Below are positions 56,952 through 64,000 of a stretch of 64,000 nt of DNA, one piece after another; within the stretch, counting starts at the first letter, position 1, and each line of letters begins with the position of its first letter. Where the stretch lies: NCBI GenBank assembly GCA_050174305.1, contig JBFXJZ010000009.1, forward strand, positions 34,148-98,147. The letters run 5' to 3'. A program made the position numbers and the translations under genes. Source of the DNA: Pyrinomonadaceae bacterium (GTDB lineage: Bacteria > Acidobacteriota > Blastocatellia > Pyrinomonadales > Pyrinomonadaceae). The notes under the pieces are model-generated. The model saw only the letters and a list, made by a program, of their open reading frames with translations. It was not told where the DNA came from and did no database searches.

Positions 56952-57026
56952 GGCGGCGTAGCTCAGCGGAAGAGCAAAGGTCTCATAAACCTTGGGTCGG
57001 AGGTTCAAATCCTCCCGCCGCAACCA
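56952..57026 (+). tRNA. tRNA with CAT anticodon (Met or Ile2), with a 1:72 mismatch
   Basis: GGCGGCG TA GCTC AGCGGAA GAGC A AAGGT CTCATAA ACCTT GGGTC GGAGG TTCAAAT CCTCC CGCCGCA A CCA. It has a G1-A72 mismatch and an initiator-like GCAACCA end, but only two G:C pairs at the base of the anticodon stem. Confidence 0.7.
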
Positions 57027-57052
57027 TTTTTTCGTACAATCAAGGAGGAACA

Positions 57053-58303
57053 ATGCCATATAACAAGCTAAATATCAGCGGAGGACAGGCTGATGTCCTT
57101 TCGTGGGTCACTCACGGGCTGGACTATCAGGAAGAGAATATGCTCCGCAATGTCTCGCGTCTGCCGTGCCTTTACAAGCACGTTGCCCTGATGCCGGACG
57201 CTCATCTTGGGAAAGGTTCGATGGTCGGGTCGGTCATCGCGACCAAAGACGCTGTTATTCCGGCGACCGTCGGTGTCGACATCGGATGCGGGATGATGGC
57301 CGTAAAGACACCGTTCAAGAGCGGGATTCTCGATCGCAAGATGGCGGAGTTCCGACACGAGATCGAGCGGGCCATCCCGACCGGTTTCAATGCCTACAAG
57401 GAATCGGTTGACGAAGCGTCGCGTTGGGAAGGATTCGATACGTTCGAAGATCTTCACCCGAAGATTCAGGACCGTAAGCGGAAGTCGATGGTCCAGCTCG
57501 GAACGCTCGGCGGAGGTAACCACTTCATCGAGGTCTGTCTGGATACCGAAGACAACGTCTGGCTGATGCTGCATTCGGGATCGCGAAACATCGGTAAAGA
57601 ACTTGCCGAACGACACATCGCGACCGCGAAAACGCTTCATAAGCTGAACGAACTTCCGTCGCCTGACCTGGCTTACTTCATCAAGGGTACCGACGAGTTT
57701 CAGGCCTATTGGCACGACCTCGACTGGGCCCAAAAGTACGCGATGAAGAACCGTGAGATCATGATGAAGCGTCTGATCAAATCGATCAATCGTATGTTTA
57801 ATGCAAGTCTCGACATCGACCACGCGATCGCCACCACCCCGTCCGCCGAGGCGGCGGCCACCCCTCCTAAGACAGGAGGGGAGCGTTCGCAGATCGAAAT
57901 TGTCGTTAACTGTCATCACAACTACGTCGCTGTCGAGGAGCACTTCGGCGATAAGGTTTACGTTACCCGAAAGGGTGCGATAAATGCCGAAACCGGACGC
58001 TACGGGATCATCCCTGGTTCGATGGGAGCGAAGTCTTTCATCATCCGCGGCCTGGGAAATCCCCAGGCGTTCAACTCGTGCTCGCACGGTGCGGGACGAA
58101 AGATGTCGCGTACTAAGGCGAAAGCGAAGTACACCATCGATGATCTGAAGAAGCAGACCGCTGGCGTCGAGTGCCGAAAGGACAAAGGCGTCGTCGATGA
58201 GATCCCCGCTGCCTATAAGGACATCGAGGAAGTCATGCGTGCTCAGGACGACCTCGTCGAGATCGTCGCCGAGCTAAAACAGGTCATCTGCGTCAAGGGG
58301 TAA
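57053..58303 (+). CDS. rtcB: RNA 3'-phosphate/5'-OH ligase RtcB
   Basis: MPDAHLGKGSMVGS, DIGCGM, GGGNHFIE, HSGSRNIG, NCHHNY, PGSMG and SCSHGAGR are all present. An AAGGAGG RBS precedes it. Confidence 0.92.
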   Translation: MPYNKLNISGGQADVLSWVTHGLDYQEENMLRNVSRLPCLYKHVALMPDAHLGKGSMVGSVIATKDAVIPATVGVDIGCGMMAVKTPFKSGILDRKMAEFRHEIERAIPTGFNAYKESVDEASRWEGFDTFEDLHPKIQDRKRKSMVQLGTLGGGNHFIEVCLDTEDNVWLMLHSGSRNIGKELAERHIATAKTLHKLNELPSPDLAYFIKGTDEFQAYWHDLDWAQKYAMKNREIMMKRLIKSINRMFNASLDIDHAIATTPSAEAAATPPKTGGERSQIEIVVNCHHNYVAVEEHFGDKVYVTRKGAINAETGRYGIIPGSMGAKSFIIRGLGNPQAFNSCSHGAGRKMSRTKAKAKYTIDDLKKQTAGVECRKDKGVVDEIPAAYKDIEEVMRAQDDLVEIVAELKQVICVKG

Positions 58304-58381
58304 ATGCAGAGGCCCGACCGTCAGGGAGGGCTTAACTATCAAGTCGATCGTTAAGCCCTAGCTCACGCGCGGGCTTCCGCA

Positions 58382-58411
58382 TTCGTCGCCGAACTGAAGC
58401 AGGTCATTTGA
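58382..58411 (+). pseudogene. Relic of a second rtcB 3' end
   Basis: TTCGTCGCCGAACTGAAGCAGGTCATTTGA (FVAELKQVI*) against the rtcB end 58262-58290, ATCGTCGCCGAGCTAAAACAGGTCATCTG (IVAELKQVI...). After the first codon, the four remaining nucleotide differences are synonymous third-position changes. Confidence 0.55.
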
Positions 58412-58434
58412 GCCAAAGTCTAACCGACCACGGG

Positions 58435-58537
58435 CGTCTCACGACCGTCTCACCCTGAGACGGGCTAACCTGTGTGATCAGTATGATTTGAGCTAAAAAT
58501 CGTCTCACTTGCAAAAAAACACCGCGCATCTGAGACG
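58435..58537. repeat. Cluster of five CGTCTCA / TGAGACG heptamers
   Basis: Direct copies at 58435, 58446 and 58501; inverted copies at 58456 and 58531. Two of the resulting pairs can form hairpins. Confidence 0.6.
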
Positions 58538-58763
58538 TTCGGCCGCTGTTCCATCGTAAGCTATTGCAACGAGTGGATTTAGGTGCCGGCACGTTTCCCA
58601 TTCCTATTTCTTGAGAGCGCGTTAGGACGAGCCATGCATTTTCAAAGAGCACATCGCCGATCGAACGATGATTGCACATTGTTGCATAGGCGGCACACTT
58701 AAGCAAGGGTTTTTTGATCGGACCAAACGATCACAGCCAAAATTTTAGAAGGAGGAAATACCA

Positions 58764-59222
58764 ATGAAAATAGCAGAAGCACTTATTCTACGATCGGATA
58801 TACAGAAGCGGATCGAGCAGCTTCGTCACCGGTTGACGAACAACGCAAAGGTCCAGGAAGGCGACGCTCCGGCGGAGAAGCCGGAGGCACTTTTGAAGGA
58901 GCTTGAAGGCTCCGCGGTCGAGCTTGAGAAGCTGATCAAGCGTATCAACAAGACGAATTCGGCAACCGAGTTTGCCAAGGGCCGAACGGTGACCGATGCC
59001 CTGGCCGAGCGGGATGTTCTCCTGCTTCGCAAGGGTGTCTACAGCGGGCTGGTAGACGCGGCAACGGTTACGCAGCAGCTTTACAGCCGCTCTGAGATCA
59101 AATTCGTCGCTACTGTGAACGTCGGCCGCACGCAAAAGCAGGCGGACGCGCTCGCCAAGCAGTACCGCGAACTGGACGCGAAGATCCAGGAATTTAACTG
59201 GAAGACCGATCTCGCCGGGTGA
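58764..59222 (+). CDS. DIP1984-family-like small helical protein (tentative)
   Basis: 152 aa, MKIAEALILRSDIQKRIEQLRHRL..NAKVQEGDAPAEKPEALL...RINKTN...ALAERDVL. The GGAGG RBS is clear. The family name is from memory of the sequence pattern and is unverified. Confidence 0.5.
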   Translation: MKIAEALILRSDIQKRIEQLRHRLTNNAKVQEGDAPAEKPEALLKELEGSAVELEKLIKRINKTNSATEFAKGRTVTDALAERDVLLLRKGVYSGLVDAATVTQQLYSRSEIKFVATVNVGRTQKQADALAKQYRELDAKIQEFNWKTDLAG

Positions 59223-59303
59223 AAATCCCGGCGACGGTAGGCGGAAAAGCGAAGGCGTATGTATAAGCCGTCAACTGGCTGAAAGTTGAATAAGCGATTA
59301 TTA

Positions 59304-59357
59304 CTCGCCAATGGTAGCGTCGAGGCGGCGCTCCGGGTTCGATCCCCGGTTCGTACA
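59304..59357 (+). other. tRNA-like fragment (D-arm-like plus T arm plus 3' acceptor strand, no anticodon arm)
   Basis: CGC CAATGGTA GCG ... CCGGG TTCGATC CCCGG TTCGTAC A. Only 13 nt separate the D-like and T arms, so no full cloverleaf can be drawn. Confidence 0.35.
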
Positions 59358-59497
59358 AATTATGCCCAGCACTGTCACAAGGGTAATGAGTAATGTTCAT
59401 TGTCACTACCTATACATAGATTCGCCTTTCCGCCGAGGGTGGGCTCGGGGAAAAGATCGGTTATTGTCAGCCGTCGCCACGGAATTAACGATGCATG

Positions 59498-59717
59498 GTC
59501 GCCAACGGCGACAAATAATATAGCCTAGGGTTGAGTGAGCGATGGCGAACGAAACCCTAGGTTAAGTTGATAGAGATTTCCGTCGCTGTAGGCGACGAAC
59601 ATCCTCGAACGTTTGTTGCTCGCCTTCAGCGAGCGGAAACCGTTTTATCGTGTTCCTAGGGATCCACTCGTTTTACTCGCTGCTCCCCATGCTTTAATAT
59701 TTGTCGCCGTTGGCGAC
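59498..59717. repeat. Palindrome-rich element bounded by ~20-bp inverted repeats (REP/MITE-like)
   Basis: The ends are GTCGCCAACGGCGACAAATA and TATTTGTCGCCGTTGGCGAC. Internal hairpins are CCTAGGGTT..AACCCTAGG, CGTCGC..GCGACG and GCTCGC..GCGAGC. Related words (ATGGCGAACG, CCTAGGGTTAAC, CCGTCAGG) recur at 251-290 and 58315-58380. Confidence 0.5.
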
Positions 59718-59762
59718 GGCAAAAGGAAAGATCAGGCAGATCTCAACGATTTTCGTTGAAAT

Positions 59763-60680
59763 CTACGCTTTGGCTTCGGAGGCTGCTCCCTTGAATGCCG
59801 GAGCGAAGACGTCGCGGGCAAATTCGTCGAGAGTGATCTTTGTCGTGCTTTGGGCGTCGCGGGTGGTGGTTTTCTGGATAATGCCGTTGCTGATGGCAGC
59901 GTCCATTTCCAAGTACGAATCCGCCACGCTCGGCGAAAAGCCCATCCCTAAAAGCGCGCCCCGATAATCCTGAGCGGAGAATTCGACGTATTGCAGATCG
60001 GGCTTGCCGATCGCAGCGCCGAGTATCCCGGAGGCTTCGCTAAATGTCAGGTCCTTCGGGCCCAGAAGTTCGCGGACCTCGGTTCCCGACGATCCCGGCC
60101 CCGCAAGTATCCCGGCGGCCGCTTCGGCGATGTCGGCCGTCGCGATCATAGCGACCGGAACATCTCCCTTGATCGCACCGCCGTTGATGCCGGCACTTTT
60201 TATCAGAGGGATCATGTAGAGAAGGTTCTCCATGAAGTAGGTCGGCCTCAAGACCGTCAAGGATAGGCCGGCGACCTGCTTCAATCGTTCCTCAAAATCA
60301 TGAAGCCCGGCGATGGGCCCGGTGCCCGACGGCAGGCTGCCGCCGACGCTGCTTAGCGCGACGACGTTAAGAGTGCCGGCCGCCTGGAGCGATCTGGCGA
60401 TGCTGTCAGCAAACTTTCGGTAGTCGGCCCGCAAGTCTTCGGCAGCGGGATTCGGCGGGATCATCGCGAAAACGGCGTCGGCGCCTTCGAACGCTTTTGT
60501 CAGAAATTCGGTATCGGCAAGATCGCCGGCCCATATTTCGGCACCTTTTTCGGCGAGCGGCTTAAGCCTCTCTTCGCTTCGGGCAATTGCTCGAACTTTG
60601 TGGCCGCGGTCGAGCAGACGCTCGGCGATGCCGCCCCCAACGTGGCCGGTCGCACCGGTTATAGTGATCAAATTCGGCAT
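59763..60680 (-). CDS. NmrA-like NAD(P)-binding protein
   Basis: ITITGATGHVGGGIAERLLDRGHKVRAIARS (Rossmann GxxGxxG); 305 aa. Confidence 0.8.
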   Translation of the reverse strand: MPNLITITGATGHVGGGIAERLLDRGHKVRAIARSEERLKPLAEKGAEIWAGDLADTEFLTKAFEGADAVFAMIPPNPAAEDLRADYRKFADSIARSLQAAGTLNVVALSSVGGSLPSGTGPIAGLHDFEERLKQVAGLSLTVLRPTYFMENLLYMIPLIKSAGINGGAIKGDVPVAMIATADIAEAAAGILAGPGSSGTEVRELLGPKDLTFSEASGILGAAIGKPDLQYVEFSAQDYRGALLGMGFSPSVADSYLEMDAAISNGIIQKTTTRDAQSTTKITLDEFARDVFAPAFKGAASEAKA

Positions 60681-60867
60681 TTTCTTAACCTCCCTGGTGT
60701 GTTTTCGGCCATCCTATCAGCCGGGGAGAGCGAGGTCAATGCCGGCCTGTCGCCACGTTCGGGGCGCCGTCGCCGGACGGAACCGAAAGTCCGGGACTCT
60801 TAGACCGACCTCGATACGGGTACTGAGAACCGGTTCAATTCCGGTCCAAAGTTTCATTTCGATCAGA

Positions 60868-61278
60868 TCATCCGGCCCGCCCGGCCCCACCGAGTTTCGC
60901 CCCGATCCATGCCATCGGAATGTATGCAAGGAGAAGGTCCATGGCGATGAACCAGGTTGGTGCCGGGATCATCATTGCCGCTGCGATACCGCCAAGCAGC
61001 GTTATCGCGCCAACAATGATGCCGACGGTCATTTTGCTTGAGACTGAGATCATTGCCGCGACCATCGCTCCTACCAGGCTGCCTAACGCATGGGCAAGGA
61101 AAGGCGCGATAAAGTGTTTCGCTTCCATCATCGGCATCGCGGCGTTCAGGCCTTCGACGGTGGTAAGGTCGGCACCAGCGGGCGGCGGGATCACCATCGG
61201 GCCGACCATAACGATCCCCATGTTTACGATGCCGCCGATCACAAGGCCGGCGATAACTGCAAGTATGTTTCTTATCAT
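60868..61278 (-). CDS. Small integral membrane protein
   Basis: 136 aa from MIRNILAVIAGLVIGG (ATG 61278), with four hydrophobic helices. I prefer it over the antisense 153-aa ORF. Confidence 0.55.
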   Translation of the reverse strand: MIRNILAVIAGLVIGGIVNMGIVMVGPMVIPPPAGADLTTVEGLNAAMPMMEAKHFIAPFLAHALGSLVGAMVAAMISVSSKMTVGIIVGAITLLGGIAAAMMIPAPTWFIAMDLLLAYIPMAWIGAKLGGAGRAG

Positions 61279-61621
61279 ATTGCCCTCACGGAAAAGCGCC
61301 GACCGTTCGGCAGCTGTCGAAAATCCAGATGGTTGGGTTGAGGGTTTGTTATACACCGAAATCCGACCTAAAGCCATCTAACGATCGGAAATAGCATAGA
61401 ACGTTGGCCTGTGCCGCTGACAGATCGGCCGAGCCGAGCAGACCGTGTTCCGGAAGCCCGGGATCCGGTCATTCAATATGTAGGATTAATTTCTCGTTAA
61501 CGCCCATATATTGTGCTTGCCTAAAATAAACATTTGATATTACATTACAGGTAAGGAAATGATGACGGGCCGGCCGCCGATGGCGGGCCGGCAAATACGA
61601 CCCGAGCCTGAAAGGAGGAAG

Positions 61622-62185
61622 ATGAGTTTGTTGACCGGACGAGTATTACTGTTGAACTTTTCGTACGAGCCTCTCGGTACTGTCGGCGTGGCTCGTGCTG
61701 TCTGCCTTTGGTTTCGCGGCGCGGTTTATGTCGAGGAAAACGACGGCGACAATTGTTTGCACTCGCCCTCGACGACATTTCCCGTTCCATCGGTGATCAG
61801 GCTTCGCCACTACATCCACGTCCGCCGTAACCGCCCCGAAACCACGATGAAGCGTGCCCGGGTTTACATCCGTGACCGCTACCGCTGCCAGTACTGCGGC
61901 GAGCATCGTCATGCGAAGGACCTGACGCTCGATCACATCCTGCCTCGGGCCCAGGGCGGCGAAAGCACGCCGGCCAATCTGGTGACCGCTTGCGTAAAAT
62001 GCAACCAGCGAAAGGGCAACCGTACGCCCGAGCAGGCCCGCATGCCGCTGCTCACGTCGCAAAAGCTGCTTCGCCTCGGCTTGGATCACGTCCTTCTTTG
62101 CCACTATGCCGAATCGCGGCCTGAGTGGAAGAAGTATCTGTTCATGGACGATAATGACGAGGCCGCGAACCGTGCGGCGGCCTGA
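61622..62185 (+). CDS. HNH endonuclease
   Basis: CQYCG...LTLDHILPRAQGG...NLVTACVKCNQRKGN. The start is set at MSLLTGR (ATG 61622), preceded by AAAGGAGG. Confidence 0.85.
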   Translation: MSLLTGRVLLLNFSYEPLGTVGVARAVCLWFRGAVYVEENDGDNCLHSPSTTFPVPSVIRLRHYIHVRRNRPETTMKRARVYIRDRYRCQYCGEHRHAKDLTLDHILPRAQGGESTPANLVTACVKCNQRKGNRTPEQARMPLLTSQKLLRLGLDHVLLCHYAESRPEWKKYLFMDDNDEAANRAAA

Positions 62186-62333
62186 TCTCCTTTCATTTTG
62201 CGTCTAATATGTTGAGAGGGCGGCTGGTCTGATCGATCGGCCGCTTCTTTCTTATTGCAAGTTCGCAAACGGACCCGTCTTTTCAGGACCGTTCGTGATC
62301 GGCTATTCAGTTGTCCAATGGGGTGGAAATGTT

Positions 62334-62891
62334 ATGAAATTGCTCTTCATCTATGGACCGCCGGCGGTCGGTAAACTCACGGTCGCAAAGGAGGTTGCGA
62401 AGCTGACCGGATTCAAGGTGTTTCACAACCACCTGAGCATCGATGCGATCCTACCCGTCTTTGAATTCGCTTCCGAACCTTTCAATAAACTGGTCGAACT
62501 TATCCGGGTCGAAACGGTCGCGGAGGCGGCGAGGCGTGGCGTCGATCTTATCTATACTTTCTGTTACGCGAAGGGCCTGGACGAGATGCACGTTGAGGCG
62601 GTCGAAAAGGCAGCCCGCGAAAACGGCGGTGAGGTTCATTTCGTACTTCTCACCTGCGAACCGGATGAACTGAGACGCCGTGTCGTCCTCGAAGACAGGC
62701 TCCAGTTCCGAAAAGCTAACACGGTGGAAATGATGAATAAGTTCCTCGAAACCTACGACCTGACGGAGCCGATCCCATATGCTGACACCATTGTGATCGA
62801 CAATACGGAGCTTTCACCCGAGAACGCTGCCGCCCGGATCGTTGCGAGTACGGGACTAAAGGCGGCCAGCGGATTGAATAACCAACAGTAA
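62334..62891 (+). CDS. P-loop NTPase / kinase-like protein
   Basis: MKLLFIYGPPAVGKLTVAKE (Walker A); ~185 aa. Confidence 0.6.
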   Translation: MKLLFIYGPPAVGKLTVAKEVAKLTGFKVFHNHLSIDAILPVFEFASEPFNKLVELIRVETVAEAARRGVDLIYTFCYAKGLDEMHVEAVEKAARENGGEVHFVLLTCEPDELRRRVVLEDRLQFRKANTVEMMNKFLETYDLTEPIPYADTIVIDNTELSPENAAARIVASTGLKAASGLNNQQ

Positions 62892-62990
62892 ACGGATAGG
62901 ATGGAGGTTCGGACATTGAACGGAATGACCCGGGCCAAACGGCCGGGTCATTCTTTTTTTTATTGGCTGAAATTATGATCTAGGAGATGG

Positions 62991-63437
62991 ATGATGAAAG
63001 ACTTTTGTACAAACGAGGATGAGATCGCGGCGATCGTGCGATCGTTTGAGGATGCCACGGTAGCCCGCGGCGATTGGAAGCATGCCGATCACCTGGTGGT
63101 CGCGCTCCATTATGTAATTGACTATGACCTTGAGACTGCGGTCGAGAAAATAAAAGGCGGCTTGTTCAGGCTCCTTGAGGCGTTCAAGGTGGACCTGACG
63201 AAAGAGATGCCCTATCACGAAACGCTTACGGTTTTCTGGATGCGGACGGTCGCGGATTTTAACGCATCGAAGAACGGCACGCCGCTCGTTGAAAAGGTGA
63301 ATGAACTTGTTGCCAAATATGACAAGGATTATCCGCTGCGGTTTTACAGCCGCGAGTTCCTCTTTTCCGACGAGGCACGTGCACGTTTCGTCGAACCCGA
63401 CGTTGCCGCACTCGACCCGCAAGCCGAAATAAAATAA
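62991..63437 (+). CDS. Hypothetical protein (148 aa)
   Basis: A GGAG RBS and a natural-looking composition. I prefer it over the overlapping 180-aa minus-strand ORF. Confidence 0.5.
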   Translation: MMKDFCTNEDEIAAIVRSFEDATVARGDWKHADHLVVALHYVIDYDLETAVEKIKGGLFRLLEAFKVDLTKEMPYHETLTVFWMRTVADFNASKNGTPLVEKVNELVAKYDKDYPLRFYSREFLFSDEARARFVEPDVAALDPQAEIK

Positions 63438-63526
63438 GGGACCTGGCCGCTCATTTGGTGATAAATAAGCCCGATCCAGGTCCCAATCGTGCAGCGACGA
63501 GATCCACCCCGCCAAGGGTCACTGCA

Positions 63527-64000
63527 CTAAATATCCAGCGTCAGAAGTTCGGCTTTTTTCCCCGACTTAAAGCCGCCCATCATATTGAAGATGCTCTGCA
63601 TCGCGGAGCGCGACGGGCCTTTGTCGTGATTGACGAAACGGTAGTTCGCCGGCCGAGGGCCAATGCATCCGATCAGCCATCCCGGATGCGGGGCCTCGTG
63701 GATAAGGATGCCGGCCATGCCGCCCTTCGAATTCATGGTGTCATGATTAAGAACCCTGAAGCATTGGCCGGTTCCGTTCAATTCCTTCACAGTTTTCGAA
63801 ATGTCCATCTTGATCTGATAAGGCTTGTAAGTCCTTGGCTTCAATTGGACATAGAATTTGCTCTTATCGCTGTCCGTTCTGAAACGTTCGAGTATGTCGA
63901 ACCGGCCGATCACCTCGACAGGGCCGCCGAAAGTATCCAGCCTGATCCCCTGTGAGCCGATCCTGAATTTGGTCGTCCCCTCTCCGCAAGTATTTTCAGA
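63527..64000 (-). CDS. Hypothetical protein, 5'-partial (open to the window end)
   Basis: The frame stays open upstream of the GTG at 63913 all the way to position 64000. It contains GILIHEAPHPGWLIGCIGPR, a His...Cys pattern reminiscent of YkuD-like folds. Weak call. Confidence 0.45.
   Translation of the reverse strand, partial: SENTCGEGTTKFRIGSQGIRLDTFGGPVEVIGRFDILERFRTDSDKSKFYVQLKPRTYKPYQIKMDISKTVKELNGTGQCFRVLNHDTMNSKGGMAGILIHEAPHPGWLIGCIGPRPANYRFVNHDKGPSRSAMQSIFNMMGGFKSGKKAELLTLDI

Noticed and set aside
57068-58087. A 339-aa ORF on the minus strand that lies entirely within rtcB
   Set aside because: It lies entirely antisense to a gene with every RtcB motif. Its composition is Arg/Asp/Val-rich and repetitive, as expected for the antisense frame of a GC-rich gene. 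It has no RBS.
60920-61381. A 153-aa plus-strand ORF opposite the small membrane protein gene
   Set aside because: It is an antisense frame of a hydrophobic membrane-protein gene. The minus-strand product has clean TM helices and a sensible internal ATG.
62973-63515. A 180-aa minus-strand ORF
   Set aside because: It overlaps the plus-strand 148-aa ORF, which has a GGAG RBS and a more protein-like sequence. The decision is not certain.

Overview
The window has two parts. (A) Positions 1 to ~52.3 kb look like one integrative conjugative element (ICE). It ends at a tyrosine integrase and excisionase that abut the 3' end of a tRNA-Pro(GGG) gene. It carries a near-complete VirB/Trb-type type IV secretion (T4SS) gene set: pilin, VirB3, VirB4, TrbJ, TrbL, an SLT lytic transglycosylase, VirB8/9/10-like proteins and a VirD4 coupling protein. 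No VirB11 is present; a MoxR-like AAA+ ATPase sits between virB10 and virD4. It also carries a relaxase with an RHH accessory protein. The cargo is: AraC + SDR; RNase HI plus two ssb paralogs around two unknown genes; an AT-rich three-gene islet with a decayed sigma54-activator AAA+ fragment; a tightly coupled operon of ECF sigma, anti-sigma, S9 peptidase, a Cys-rich secreted peptide and a TPR-CHAT protease; and a DNA phosphorothioation island. That island has dndBCDE and divergent dndA, and it converges on a four-gene non-DndFGH module: a DndD-like ATPase, a small protein, a PLD-nuclease/SF2-helicase and a DUF262-DUF1524 protein. (B) From ~52.3 to 64 kb is chromosomal-looking flank: MerR, thiL, then a 2.6-kb plus-strand array of 12 tRNA genes. 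Several of these tRNAs are structurally non-canonical. The array spacers hold hairpins made of tandem heptanucleotide repeats, and the array is interrupted by an antisense GNAT gene and a 115-aa ORF. It runs directly into rtcB (RNA ligase), a relic of a second rtcB 3' end, and a DIP1984-like gene. Ordinary genes follow: an NmrA-like reductase, a membrane protein, an HNH endonuclease and a P-loop kinase-like protein. I saw no rRNA, CRISPR array, IS element or transposase. All calls rest on motifs read from the supplied translations and on hand-folded RNAs; no database search was run.
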